Shown piece by piece: positions 31,480 to 40,652 of a DNA stretch of 64,000 bases. The position numbers were made by a program, and so were the translations under genes. Source of the DNA: Bacteroidota bacterium (GTDB lineage Bacteria; Bacteroidota; Ignavibacteria; UBA10030); assembly GCA_025454835.1 (NCBI GenBank), contig JALONQ010000003.1:67273-131272 (forward strand), written 5' to 3'. Below the pieces are notes generated by a model. The model saw only the letters and a program-made list of their open reading frames with translations. It was not told the DNA's origin and did no database searches. The first letter of the stretch is position 1. Every line of letters begins with the position of its first letter.

Positions 31480-33924
31480 TCAGAAGTTGTACCGGTAGAC
31501 GAACGACAGGATCCGGTCGTTGGAGACCTGGGTATTCTTGAAGTAGTCAAAATACAGCTCGAACGCGTGCGCCTGGTAGGAGTAGTCGCCGCCGAGCCGG
31601 ACGATCGTCCGCTCCAGGTCGCCGAACGTCGGAGTCACCTGGGCCACAAGACGTAGGTGGTCGTCCAGGAGTCGATACTGCGCAGAAAGGCCGAGTGCGG
31701 TGTAGGCGAAATCGCTCTTGGCAATAGCGCTGTCGGCACCGACGGTGGGTCCGCTGGCGTAGAACAACTGGTTCTGACTGTTGGTGCTGCTGGTGAGCAG
31801 GTTGATCGTCGTCTGCAACGGAACAGCGGTGAAGAATGACGTCACGGACGCGTTGATGAAGGTGCTCGTCTGATCGCGACGATAAATTGTGTTGTCCGCA
31901 CGGTCGACGAGGTTGATGCTCAGAGTCACGAAGTTTCGGAACCCGACATTCAGGTCGTACGACGCTCCGAATGTGATCCGGTTCGTCTGGTCATCGGCGC
32001 CGTTCGATCGTCGGCTCGAGTCGGGCGTGAAGACGATCTGATCGCTCAGACGGGACCCCATTCCGTAGCCCACTTGCAGGGTCGGGTACCCGGCGCCCGG
32101 GTTGAACGTCAGTGCCGTGATCAGGTTGTTGTAGTCGGTCGTGCTCGACTTTGATTTGGAGAGGTTGTCGGACTTTGCCTCGTACGAGACGCTGGCAAAC
32201 AGGCGGTTACTCAAGAGGCGAACATTGTCCGACACAACGAATCCCTGGATGTCGGACTGTTGGAACTCGTTCCCGAAGGTTTTGAACGCCGTGCCGCGGC
32301 GGAGGTACTGTGCCCGGACGTAATTGTTGAAGTAGCTGAGCGTCAGGAAGCTTTCCATCGCAATGCCCGGGAGCCCGGTGCCCGCCGGGTTGAGCGGCTC
32401 CAGGTTCGCGTTCACGGTGATGAACTGCTCGGCGATCTGGCCAAGGTCCTTAACGTTCTGTCCCTGCACCGCCAGAGAATCGTAGTCGGCCGCCGTGAAA
32501 TTGCCGCTGCTGATGTCGCGGTTCTGCAGTCCGACCGCCACCTGGGTCTCCCAACGGATACGCTGGTCGTCAAAGCCGAGCGCCAGGTCGGTACCGACGA
32601 CAAGGTTCTCCTTGGGCTGAATGCCGTACCGGATCGAGGACATGTCGTCCTTGAACTTCAGATAGGTGAAGCCAAGCTGGAAATTCTCACCAGACCCGAA
32701 CGAGGGACGCACGCCGATGAATTCACGCGTGAACGTGCCGGGATTGAACAGCTCGTAGGCGAAGTACGAGGTCCCCTTGGGGAGCGTATTGTCGGGCCGG
32801 TTGCGGACACCGTTCGTATCGGCGAACGTCGTGTCGGCCAGGAAGGTACCGTTGATCTTGCGATCGGTCTGGCCGAACGACACGTCGAGATTGAAGAACC
32901 CGAGCTTCAGCGCACCGGCGATACCCCGGACACGCTTGCCGAGCATCATCAAAGACGGGAATTTCGGATATGCGTCGCCAACCTCGAGACGCGCGTACTC
33001 GGCGTCGACGAACGCCGAGTATCGATTCTGGGGTTGCCGATCAGGGCCCTCGAGATTGTCAAATCGAAGCGTCGTTCCGAAGTCGAGAAACGAATACGAA
33101 CCGGTCGCCCGCGCATCCAATCGGGCAAACGTCTGGGAGTTCGCCGTCTGCTCATTGCGATACTCCGCGCGGACATCACCCTCTCCATGAAACCGCGATT
33201 CAACTTCGGCGATCGCCTCGACCGTGGACAGACTGAAGCTTACCGATTTCGTGAAATAGGCGTTTCCCGCCGTGTCGCGCAATTCGACGCGCACATTGCG
33301 GGCCCCCAGCTTCATCGGCTGACTTGAGTTGGCGGGCGACCAAAGGATCATGTCGTCGGAGAGGATCGCCTCTCGCGAAATGTCGACCCCGTCAACGAAG
33401 ACGCGGGTGCGGCTGGGCGCCACCGCAGGACTGGCATAGTAGAGTGAAATGGCCAGAACGAAGTCCTCGGCGGCGACGGTCTCGCCCGGCTCAGGACTGA
33501 GGATGCGAACCTCTCCCTCACGAGGGTCGACCTGCTGAACCGTCACCTGAAGGGGGTTGAGCTCAGCGCTGGTTTCGGGGTATGTAACGATTGTCCCGTT
33601 CGAGAGTTCGATGGCGATGTAGTACTGCAGGTAGGGTGGCAGGACCTCGGTCGCCGGAATCGTTGCCGTGTACGACCGTCCGGCAGGTAACATCTCCATC
33701 TCGGAGAACTCAGTGACGCCGAACGACCGATACCGCAACCAGGCCCGGCGCGCTTCAACGGACGGAAGCATCTCGACGCCGATCGAAGCAGCCGTGGCTT
33801 GCGTCGCGGCCGGCGCGTCGACACGATTCACATAGGTGGAAACCTGGGCGTTCGTTGTGGCGTGCCATGCCAACAGAAACGTCGATGCCAGAGCAGCAAA
33901 CCGAACTGCACGCATGAGGATCAC
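31480..33924 (-). CDS. Exported protein with two Ig-like N-terminal domains and a predicted beta-barrel
   Basis: Signal peptide, alternating amphipathic strands, C-terminal YRYNF aromatic motif. Confidence 0.75.
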   Translation of the reverse strand: MILMRAVRFAALASTFLLAWHATTNAQVSTYVNRVDAPAATQATAASIGVEMLPSVEARRAWLRYRSFGVTEFSEMEMLPAGRSYTATIPATEVLPPYLQYYIAIELSNGTIVTYPETSAELNPLQVTVQQVDPREGEVRILSPEPGETVAAEDFVLAISLYYASPAVAPSRTRVFVDGVDISREAILSDDMILWSPANSSQPMKLGARNVRVELRDTAGNAYFTKSVSFSLSTVEAIAEVESRFHGEGDVRAEYRNEQTANSQTFARLDARATGSYSFLDFGTTLRFDNLEGPDRQPQNRYSAFVDAEYARLEVGDAYPKFPSLMMLGKRVRGIAGALKLGFFNLDVSFGQTDRKINGTFLADTTFADTNGVRNRPDNTLPKGTSYFAYELFNPGTFTREFIGVRPSFGSGENFQLGFTYLKFKDDMSSIRYGIQPKENLVVGTDLALGFDDQRIRWETQVAVGLQNRDISSGNFTAADYDSLAVQGQNVKDLGQIAEQFITVNANLEPLNPAGTGLPGIAMESFLTLSYFNNYVRAQYLRRGTAFKTFGNEFQQSDIQGFVVSDNVRLLSNRLFASVSYEAKSDNLSKSKSSTTDYNNLITALTFNPGAGYPTLQVGYGMGSRLSDQIVFTPDSSRRSNGADDQTNRITFGASYDLNVGFRNFVTLSINLVDRADNTIYRRDQTSTFINASVTSFFTAVPLQTTINLLTSSTNSQNQLFYASGPTVGADSAIAKSDFAYTALGLSAQYRLLDDHLRLVAQVTPTFGDLERTIVRLGGDYSYQAHAFELYFDYFKNTQVSNDRILSFVYRYNF

Positions 33925-33964
33925 CTACGCCAAGTGAGGAGGTAAGGCTCCGAAGAGCCGGCCA

Positions 33965-33996
33965 GAAAAAGAAACGGCGAATCGCACGATTCGCCG
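33965..33996 (-). terminator. Internal terminator between the fecR-like gene and the barrel gene
   Basis: CGGCGAATCG/CGATTCGCCG inverted repeat followed by TTTCTTTTT on the - strand. Confidence 0.7.
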
Positions 33997-34034
33997 CTCA
34001 ATGTAGGAAATGACGCTGCCGGATGCAAGCCAAC

Positions 34035-34751
34035 TTACTCGATTCGGACCTTGACCTCCTTGCCGCTCGCATCGCGCCCGATGAGTTCGATGCGGTTCTT
34101 CTGCTGTCCCTGACCCTGATTGCCACCTTCGTCGTCGTCGGTGACGTCCTCGGAGAGGTTCGCGATGCTGTTATCGTTCTCGCTTGAGTTGCGAACACTT
34201 CCCTGCCCCGAGCCACGCTTCTGGTACGTCTGTCCGGCCAACAGCGGCAGTCCGTCAACGTCGAACGATCCCTGTGAGCACACGAAGGTGCTCGTCGTAT
34301 CGATGATCGCATGGTCAACGCCACCGGCCGTGCCGCGGATCGACGCCACCGAGATGGGCGATGAGAAGCGGAACTGCTCGCGCTCCTGCTTCTTGACCTC
34401 GAAGGCGAGACGACCCCGCTCGACATGGACGCTTCGGTCGACGATCTGCTTGTCCTGTTTCTGCCCCTTGATCTCGACGATCGACTTGGCGCGGATGATC
34501 AGCTTGCTCTGATCGGGGAACATGACCATCGCCAACGATTTGTCGTCGGTCCGGAGTTGGTAGCCCGAGCGCAATCGATCCGCCGGTACGGCCTTCTGCC
34601 ATCCCGTGGTCGCCGTTTTCTTCAGAACATCACGGACGACCTTGACGACCACCGCTTGGATGTCACGCGGATCCTGCTGCGGCACAAGGGCCATGCTCGA
34701 CAACACGAGGGCGGCCACCGCCGCAAAGATCACCATTTTCCTCAGATTCAT
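34035..34751 (-). CDS. Exported FecR-domain protein
   Basis: Signal peptide; LRSGYQLRT..S.A.V.FPD.S, FRFSSPISVASIRGT FecR pattern; no cytoplasmic anti-sigma domain. Confidence 0.85.
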   Translation of the reverse strand: MNLRKMVIFAAVAALVLSSMALVPQQDPRDIQAVVVKVVRDVLKKTATTGWQKAVPADRLRSGYQLRTDDKSLAMVMFPDQSKLIIRAKSIVEIKGQKQDKQIVDRSVHVERGRLAFEVKKQEREQFRFSSPISVASIRGTAGGVDHAIIDTTSTFVCSQGSFDVDGLPLLAGQTYQKRGSGQGSVRNSSENDNSIANLSEDVTDDDEGGNQGQGQQKNRIELIGRDASGKEVKVRIE

Positions 34752-34778
34752 AGTTCGACTCCTCTCGTCGGATGTCCG

Positions 34779-35954
34779 TTATTCAACGACCGTGACCGTC
34801 GCGTTCGCAAACTGTTCGAGCACCCGCAGCAGTTCGGCCGGCGTGATCGCCCGGTTGTTGTAACGAAGCTGCGTGAAGGTCCATCCGCGTTCCTCCAGGC
34901 GGCGCAAGACCGCCGTCAGCTGGGGAGCGATTTGGGACGGGATCTGTGTGGCGGCGTTGCCGAAGACCGTGATCAGCGGGTCGGGACGGTTGGCATCCTG
35001 ACCGCCGGCATTCGTGCCACCGCCTGTCGAACCCCCGCCGGCCTCACCATACCGGAAGACCACCAGATCGGCGTCCACGCTCACCTTGGCACGATTCGAG
35101 CTCGACTGGATGAACGACTTCCCCGCGACGACATAACGCGCTCCGACCACGAGCGGAGTCGCCGTTTGTGGATAGTTGAGGATCGTGCGGCCGTCGTTGA
35201 TACGCTCGCGCCACAGGGGCCGACCGCTCTGGACGGCGTCGCGCGGATTGTCTTCAACGCGGTACACGGCGATCTCGTACTCCATCTGCGGCCGCTCAGC
35301 CGGTATCAGGACCGTGAACGTCGGGTTGGGGATCGTTACCACCGGATCCACCTGCACGATGATCTTGGCTTGTGTCGCGGTCGAGAAGGGGATGTCGAAG
35401 ACGCGAATGACCGAGGCAACGAACGGCTCGCCGCTCTCGTTCGGAGCATTGTCGCGCACCAGCCGGAGGTCCAGAGTGAATTTCCCGGTGAGAGCCGCGA
35501 TGCCGGTCTTCAGCTGGTCCTTGAGCTTCTCGACTTCGGCCGTATTCTCTCGGTAGGCCACGTTGAACTCGCTGCCACGGGACAAGGCGCCGACGCTCAG
35601 CTCATACACGAACTCCGCGCCGCGCCGATCTCTCGTATAGATGGGCGTTGACGCATTGATCCAGAAGGTCGCCAAAGGCTGGGGCCCGACATCGCCGGTT
35701 GCTTGCTTGGTGACCCGGCCCCAGAGGAACCATTTGGTATTCGGGTTGTCCGACACGATCGCACCGGAGATCCCGGCCGGGATGCTCTCTTTGAGCGTGA
35801 ACGTGGCGGCGTCGATCCAGTCGGTCGGCGTAAACATGTCAAAATTCGGCACGTTCAACTCCAGACGGGGCGTCTGGGCAGGCAAACTCCCACTTCCGAC
35901 CACCAACAAGCCCGCCAGCACTAACCACAGACGGTTCCGTTTGATCGCGTTCAT
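34779..35954 (-). CDS. Exported hypothetical protein
   Basis: 391-aa ORF with signal peptide, beta-rich core, Gly linker and short helical C-domain; 27 nt upstream of the fecR-like gene. Confidence 0.75.
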   Translation of the reverse strand: MNAIKRNRLWLVLAGLLVVGSGSLPAQTPRLELNVPNFDMFTPTDWIDAATFTLKESIPAGISGAIVSDNPNTKWFLWGRVTKQATGDVGPQPLATFWINASTPIYTRDRRGAEFVYELSVGALSRGSEFNVAYRENTAEVEKLKDQLKTGIAALTGKFTLDLRLVRDNAPNESGEPFVASVIRVFDIPFSTATQAKIIVQVDPVVTIPNPTFTVLIPAERPQMEYEIAVYRVEDNPRDAVQSGRPLWRERINDGRTILNYPQTATPLVVGARYVVAGKSFIQSSSNRAKVSVDADLVVFRYGEAGGGSTGGGTNAGGQDANRPDPLITVFGNAATQIPSQIAPQLTAVLRRLEERGWTFTQLRYNNRAITPAELLRVLEQFANATVTVVE

Positions 35955-36065
35955 GGCGCGGATCTCCTCAAAAGGGGGAAAGAGAATTCAGGTTGCTACC
36001 ACCCAACATACCACGCGGTCAACTCCGCCGGTATGACCGATGTCACAAGGAGGGCTACGGCTTGG

Positions 36066-37379
36066 TCAGAAATGCAACAGGTCATTATAGAGCACAAACG
36101 CCATAAAGACAAGCAAGAGGAACATTCCCGCCTGTTGCATGAGGATCTTGACCCGCGCCGGGATCTCGCGGCGGAAGACGGCCTCATACCCAAGAAAGAG
36201 CAGGTGTCCGCCGTCAAGCGCCGGGAACGGCAGGATATTCAAGAGGGCGAGGCTGATACTCAGAAGCGCCACGAACCCGAAGAAGCTGACGAGGCCGCTC
36301 TCCGCCGACCTGTTCGCCATCTGTGCAATGCGCACCGGACCGCCGATCGACTTGGCGAACGACGCCTCACCGACGACGATCTGCCAGATGTTGCGGAAGA
36401 AGAGACCGCTCGTGAACCAGACCTCGCGCACGCTCACGGGAAGCGCACCCAGCAACGAGTAGTCCTCGCGTACGATCGGACCTTGGTATGCCGCTTGAAG
36501 CGAGACGCCAATGATCCCCTCGGCCGTCGGCGTGACCGGCCGCGACAAAGAGCTGTCGCCCCGCTTCCATCCGAGCGTCATCTCTCGTCCGGCATTGGAC
36601 CGGATCGACGGCGGAAGCGATGCATACGATACGCGTTCGCCATTCACGGCGACGATCGTATCACCCGGCATCAGACCGAGGGCGTCACCGGGCAGGCCGC
36701 CTTGCACCGAGGCTACCACAGGCACAAGTCCGGCCGGGAAGATCCCAAATCGCTCCTCCGTCAGTTCGGGCAGATCAAGCCGCCGGATCTCAACCGTCAC
36801 TGGCCGTCCGTCGCGGTCAACGCGGATCGCCACATCCTGTCCGACCGTCTCGGCGTAGATTATGCTCTCGATCTGGTCCCACTGCGACACGGGCGTGTCG
36901 TTGATCGTGCGAATGTGGTCGTTCGTGCGCAAGCCCGCCTTCTCGGCCGGACTCCCCGGCACGACATAGCCGATCTCGGTGACGGGTCGTACGACGCGTC
37001 CCTGCGCGTAGATGATTCCCCAGAAGATCGCGATCGCCAGTAGCAAATTCATGATGACGCCGGCGGCCATGACGATCGACCGCTGCCAGATCGGCTTCGC
37101 GCGGAATTCCCACGGCTCCGGGTCCCGGCCGAGATGATCGGTGTCGAGACTTTCGTCGATCATGCCCGAGATCTTCACGTAACCGCCGATGGGGATCCAC
37201 GACACGCAGTAGTCTGTATCCCCGATCTGTTTGCCGAAGGCCCGGGGCGGGAACCCGATACTGAAGCGCTCCACCCGCATGCCGAAGAGCTTCGCAGCGG
37301 CGAAATGGCCGAACTCGTGAATGAAGACAAGAATGCCGATCGTGACGATGAAGTAGAAGATCGTGCTCAGGAATTCCAT
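36066..37379 (-). CDS. rseP: RIP metalloprotease RseP
   Basis: HEFGH, two PDZ domains, NILPFPALDGG. Confidence 0.96.
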   Translation of the reverse strand: MEFLSTIFYFIVTIGILVFIHEFGHFAAAKLFGMRVERFSIGFPPRAFGKQIGDTDYCVSWIPIGGYVKISGMIDESLDTDHLGRDPEPWEFRAKPIWQRSIVMAAGVIMNLLLAIAIFWGIIYAQGRVVRPVTEIGYVVPGSPAEKAGLRTNDHIRTINDTPVSQWDQIESIIYAETVGQDVAIRVDRDGRPVTVEIRRLDLPELTEERFGIFPAGLVPVVASVQGGLPGDALGLMPGDTIVAVNGERVSYASLPPSIRSNAGREMTLGWKRGDSSLSRPVTPTAEGIIGVSLQAAYQGPIVREDYSLLGALPVSVREVWFTSGLFFRNIWQIVVGEASFAKSIGGPVRIAQMANRSAESGLVSFFGFVALLSISLALLNILPFPALDGGHLLFLGYEAVFRREIPARVKILMQQAGMFLLLVFMAFVLYNDLLHF

Positions 37380-37512
37380 GCGAATACGGTAAGTGAGAGT
37401 TCCACGGTGATTTTCAAGCGCAGGTCAACGACGCGTTGCCACAACGATCCCAGAAACCGACAGCCGTTGCTCCTCTGGTTCAGGCGATGAGGTCCCTGCG
37501 GACAACGTCATG

Positions 37513-38682
37513 TCAACGGGCACGTGTGCCGACACACGCGTGCGCCTCCCGGCGAGCCCACCGGTCGGCTTCGATGATGTCGCTCAGGTCCGGAGCTGCG
37601 ACAGGCCGGTGCCGGTCCATCGTTTGCCGAATAATGTCGGCAATGCGGTCGAACGTCACCGCGCGTTCCAGAAATCCAGCCACAGCCACTTCGTTCGCAG
37701 CGTTCAGCACCGCGGGAACGGTGTCGCCGGCCCGAAGAGCCTCGTACGCCAGGTCGAGACACGGAAAGCGCTGTCGGTCGGGCTGGAAAAACGTCATCTG
37801 CTCGAGCCGCGGGAACGAGACCCGGTCGCCGTTCATCGGCAGTCGCTCCGGGTGTGTGAGCGCGTACTGGATCGGCAACTTCATGTCGGGAAGCCCGAGT
37901 TGTGCCTTGACCGATCCGTCGACAAACTCGACCATGCTATGAATGATGGACTGTGGATGCACGACGACGTCGATGCGGTCGGCGGGCAGGCCAAAGAGCC
38001 AGTGCGCCTCGATCACCTCGAGCCCCTTGTTCATCAGCGTGGCCGAATCGATGGTGATCTTGCTTCCCATGCTCCAATTCGGATGCCGGAGAGCCTGTTC
38101 AACGGTGATACGAGAGAAATCCTCCGGAGGTGTCGTCCGGAATGGCCCGCCCGAGGCGGTCAGGATCAGGCGAGCAATCTGCGCAGGCTCTTCACCGGCC
38201 AGACACTGCAAAATGGCGCTGTGTTCACTGTCGACAGGGAGCAATTCGACGCCATGTTCCCGGACCAACGACATGATGAACGCGCCCGCGGCAACAAGAG
38301 TTTCCTTGTTCGCCAGCGCGATGCGCTTCCGGTGCCGGATCGCCTCGGCGGTCGGACGGACGCCGGCGAATCCAACGAGCGACGAGAGGACGGTATCGAC
38401 GTCATCCCGGCGGACGACCGCCTCCAGACCGTCGGGTCCGCTGAGAACGTCGGCGAGGCCGTCGAGACGTGAACGAAGGACCGAGGCCCGCTCAGGATCG
38501 AGCACGACAACTGCCTTCGGGCGGAATTCGCGCGTCTGTGCTTCGAGGAGGTCGATATTCCGGTTCGTCGTCAGAACGGTCGCACTGAAGCGCCCGGGAT
38601 GCGAACGCAGCACCTCGAGACTGCTCCTCCCGATCGAACCGGTGGAGCCGAGGATGGCGATATGTTGGGGGTTCGAGGCCAT
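37513..38682 (-). CDS. dxr: 1-deoxy-D-xylulose-5-phosphate reductoisomerase
   Basis: LGSTGSIG, LANKE, PVDSEHSA, HPNWSMG.KITIDSATLMNKGLE. Confidence 0.98.
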   Translation of the reverse strand: MASNPQHIAILGSTGSIGRSSLEVLRSHPGRFSATVLTTNRNIDLLEAQTREFRPKAVVVLDPERASVLRSRLDGLADVLSGPDGLEAVVRRDDVDTVLSSLVGFAGVRPTAEAIRHRKRIALANKETLVAAGAFIMSLVREHGVELLPVDSEHSAILQCLAGEEPAQIARLILTASGGPFRTTPPEDFSRITVEQALRHPNWSMGSKITIDSATLMNKGLEVIEAHWLFGLPADRIDVVVHPQSIIHSMVEFVDGSVKAQLGLPDMKLPIQYALTHPERLPMNGDRVSFPRLEQMTFFQPDRQRFPCLDLAYEALRAGDTVPAVLNAANEVAVAGFLERAVTFDRIADIIRQTMDRHRPVAAPDLSDIIEADRWARREAHACVGTRAR

Positions 38683-38724
38683 GCAGGAAAAAAAATCGGC
38701 CCGCGGGGCCGAACGAGTCGAAGC

Positions 38725-38753
38725 AATGTACCATGGAACGAGGGGGGAATCAA
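38725..38753 (-). promoter_or_regulatory. Sigma70-type promoter for dxr-rseP
   Basis: TTGATT-N17-TACATT. Confidence 0.55.
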
Positions 38754-38770
38754 GGCAACGGGAACGCGAA

Positions 38771-38799
38771 TGGACTGCCCCGCGTCTTTTTGATATATT
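38771..38799 (+). promoter_or_regulatory. Sigma70-type promoter for the TPR operon
   Basis: TGGACT-N17-TATATT, 8 nt before the ATG (very short leader). Confidence 0.5.
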
Positions 38800-38807
38800 C
38801 AGGCCAC

Positions 38808-40652
38808 ATGCGACTGCTCACCGCCACTCTCGCCCTCTCGTTCGTCGTCATTCCGCACCTTGCCGCCCAGGAGCAGCCGGATGTGCTCCGCCGCGTGCAA
38901 CTCGCCCAATCGCTGGAACAAGCGGGAGAGTGGGCGAAGGCCGCGGGCATCTACGAGGACCTTCTCCGCACGGACTCGTTGAACTTCATGACGTTCGACG
39001 GCCTTCGACGCGCGTACGTTCAGTTGAAGGAATACGGCAAGGCTTCGTCCCTGATCGAACGGCGGCTTGCCCATCGTCCGTCGGAGGTCTTTCTGGTCGC
39101 GCAGCTCGGCGGCCTGGCGTACGATGCGGGGAATATCGCTCGAGCCGATTCCCTCTGGGGCGCGGTGCTGCAGACGGCCGGCCACAACCGGCAGATGGTC
39201 GTGTTGGTTGCGCAGCAGATGCAGGAGCGCCGCCTCTATGACCGTGCGATACAGACGTTCGAGGCCGGACGCGCGCTCACGAAGAATCCCCACGACTTTG
39301 TCGAAGATCTGGCCCTCCTCCACTCGGCCACCCAGTCGTACGGAAAGGCGGCGGCGGAGTATTTGCGCCTCCTGCGCTCCGCCCCCCATCAGCTTGGCTA
39401 TATCCAATCGCGGATCGCTTCGTTCACCATGAAGCAGGAGGGCCTTCGCGATGCGCGCTCCGTCGTGGAGGCGGCGATCGAAGACAGGCCCACCGAGGTG
39501 CCTTTGCGCAGTCTGATGGCGTGGCTGGCGGTCGAGCAGTCCGACTATCCGGCGGCGCTGCAACAGTATCGTGCCATCGACAGCCTTTCGAATGCCAGCG
39601 GCGTCGAGCTCTACAATTTTGCCCAGCGCTGTCTGCGCGAACACGCATACGGCCCGGCTGCGGATGCCTTCCGTCATGCGATCGCCCGAGGACCGGCCGG
39701 ACCGCTCATCCTCCAGTCGCGGCTGGGTTATGCGCGGGCCATGGAAGAACTGGCGGTGCGCGATACAGCCGCGGCGCGGATGACCTCGACGGGGTCGACG
39801 GCGTCGGAGTCGTTTCCATCGCTCGACGCCGCCGTAACGCTCTACCGCGAACTTGTTCGGGATGCACCGGGGTCGGATGTGGCCGTACAGGCGCTCTTCC
39901 GGGTCGGAGTGGTGGCGTACGAGCGTACGTTCGACCTCGATGGTGCGCTCGATGCCTTCCTGCAGGTTACCCGCATACCGCGGGCGGGAGCCATGGCATG
40001 GGAAGCGTACCTTCGCGCTTCTGATGTCTGCTTGGCGAAGAACGACCTGGCTGGAACAGCAGCCGCACTCCGCTCCATTCCGGCAACGGCTTCGCCGGAG
40101 ATCCAGGACCGGGTCATATTCTCACAAGCGCGCTTGGCGGCCTATGAGGGTCGCGTCGATTCGGCGTTGGCGCTGCTCGGACCGTTGGCCGTTGCGGTGG
40201 ACCGCGACCTGGCCAACGACGCGATCGGTCTGCAGGTCTTCCTGAAGGAACATCGTACGGCGATGCCAGCCTTGACCGGATTTCTTCGCGGCGAGCTGTT
40301 GCAGCGACAACGAAAGTACGCAGAAGCGCTCGCACAATTCCGGGGTGTGGCGACCGAATTTCCGACCGCTCTCATCTCTGACCACGCCCTGGTCCAGGCC
40401 GCCGACCTTCTGGTCTTGCTGAGCCGCCCCGTGGAAGCAGTTGCGGCCTATCGGGCGTTCGTCGATGAGCGCACGATGAGCATGCTGCGAGACCGGGCGC
40501 TGTTCCGGGCGGGAGATGTGACCGAACGATCATTGAAGGACCCGGCCGCCGCACTGAAGGTGTACGATCTCTTCTTGGAGACGTTCCCGCATTCACTGTA
40601 TGTCGAAGAAGTGCGTATCCGCATTCGTCGGTTGCGGGGGGAGGTCTCGTGA
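38808..40652 (+). CDS. Exported tetratricopeptide-repeat protein
   Basis: Signal peptide MRLLTATL..., many TPR-like helix pairs, C-terminal FP.SLYVEEVR.RIRRLRG. Confidence 0.85.
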   Translation: MRLLTATLALSFVVIPHLAAQEQPDVLRRVQLAQSLEQAGEWAKAAGIYEDLLRTDSLNFMTFDGLRRAYVQLKEYGKASSLIERRLAHRPSEVFLVAQLGGLAYDAGNIARADSLWGAVLQTAGHNRQMVVLVAQQMQERRLYDRAIQTFEAGRALTKNPHDFVEDLALLHSATQSYGKAAAEYLRLLRSAPHQLGYIQSRIASFTMKQEGLRDARSVVEAAIEDRPTEVPLRSLMAWLAVEQSDYPAALQQYRAIDSLSNASGVELYNFAQRCLREHAYGPAADAFRHAIARGPAGPLILQSRLGYARAMEELAVRDTAAARMTSTGSTASESFPSLDAAVTLYRELVRDAPGSDVAVQALFRVGVVAYERTFDLDGALDAFLQVTRIPRAGAMAWEAYLRASDVCLAKNDLAGTAAALRSIPATASPEIQDRVIFSQARLAAYEGRVDSALALLGPLAVAVDRDLANDAIGLQVFLKEHRTAMPALTGFLRGELLQRQRKYAEALAQFRGVATEFPTALISDHALVQAADLLVLLSRPVEAVAAYRAFVDERTMSMLRDRALFRAGDVTERSLKDPAAALKVYDLFLETFPHSLYVEEVRIRIRRLRGEVS

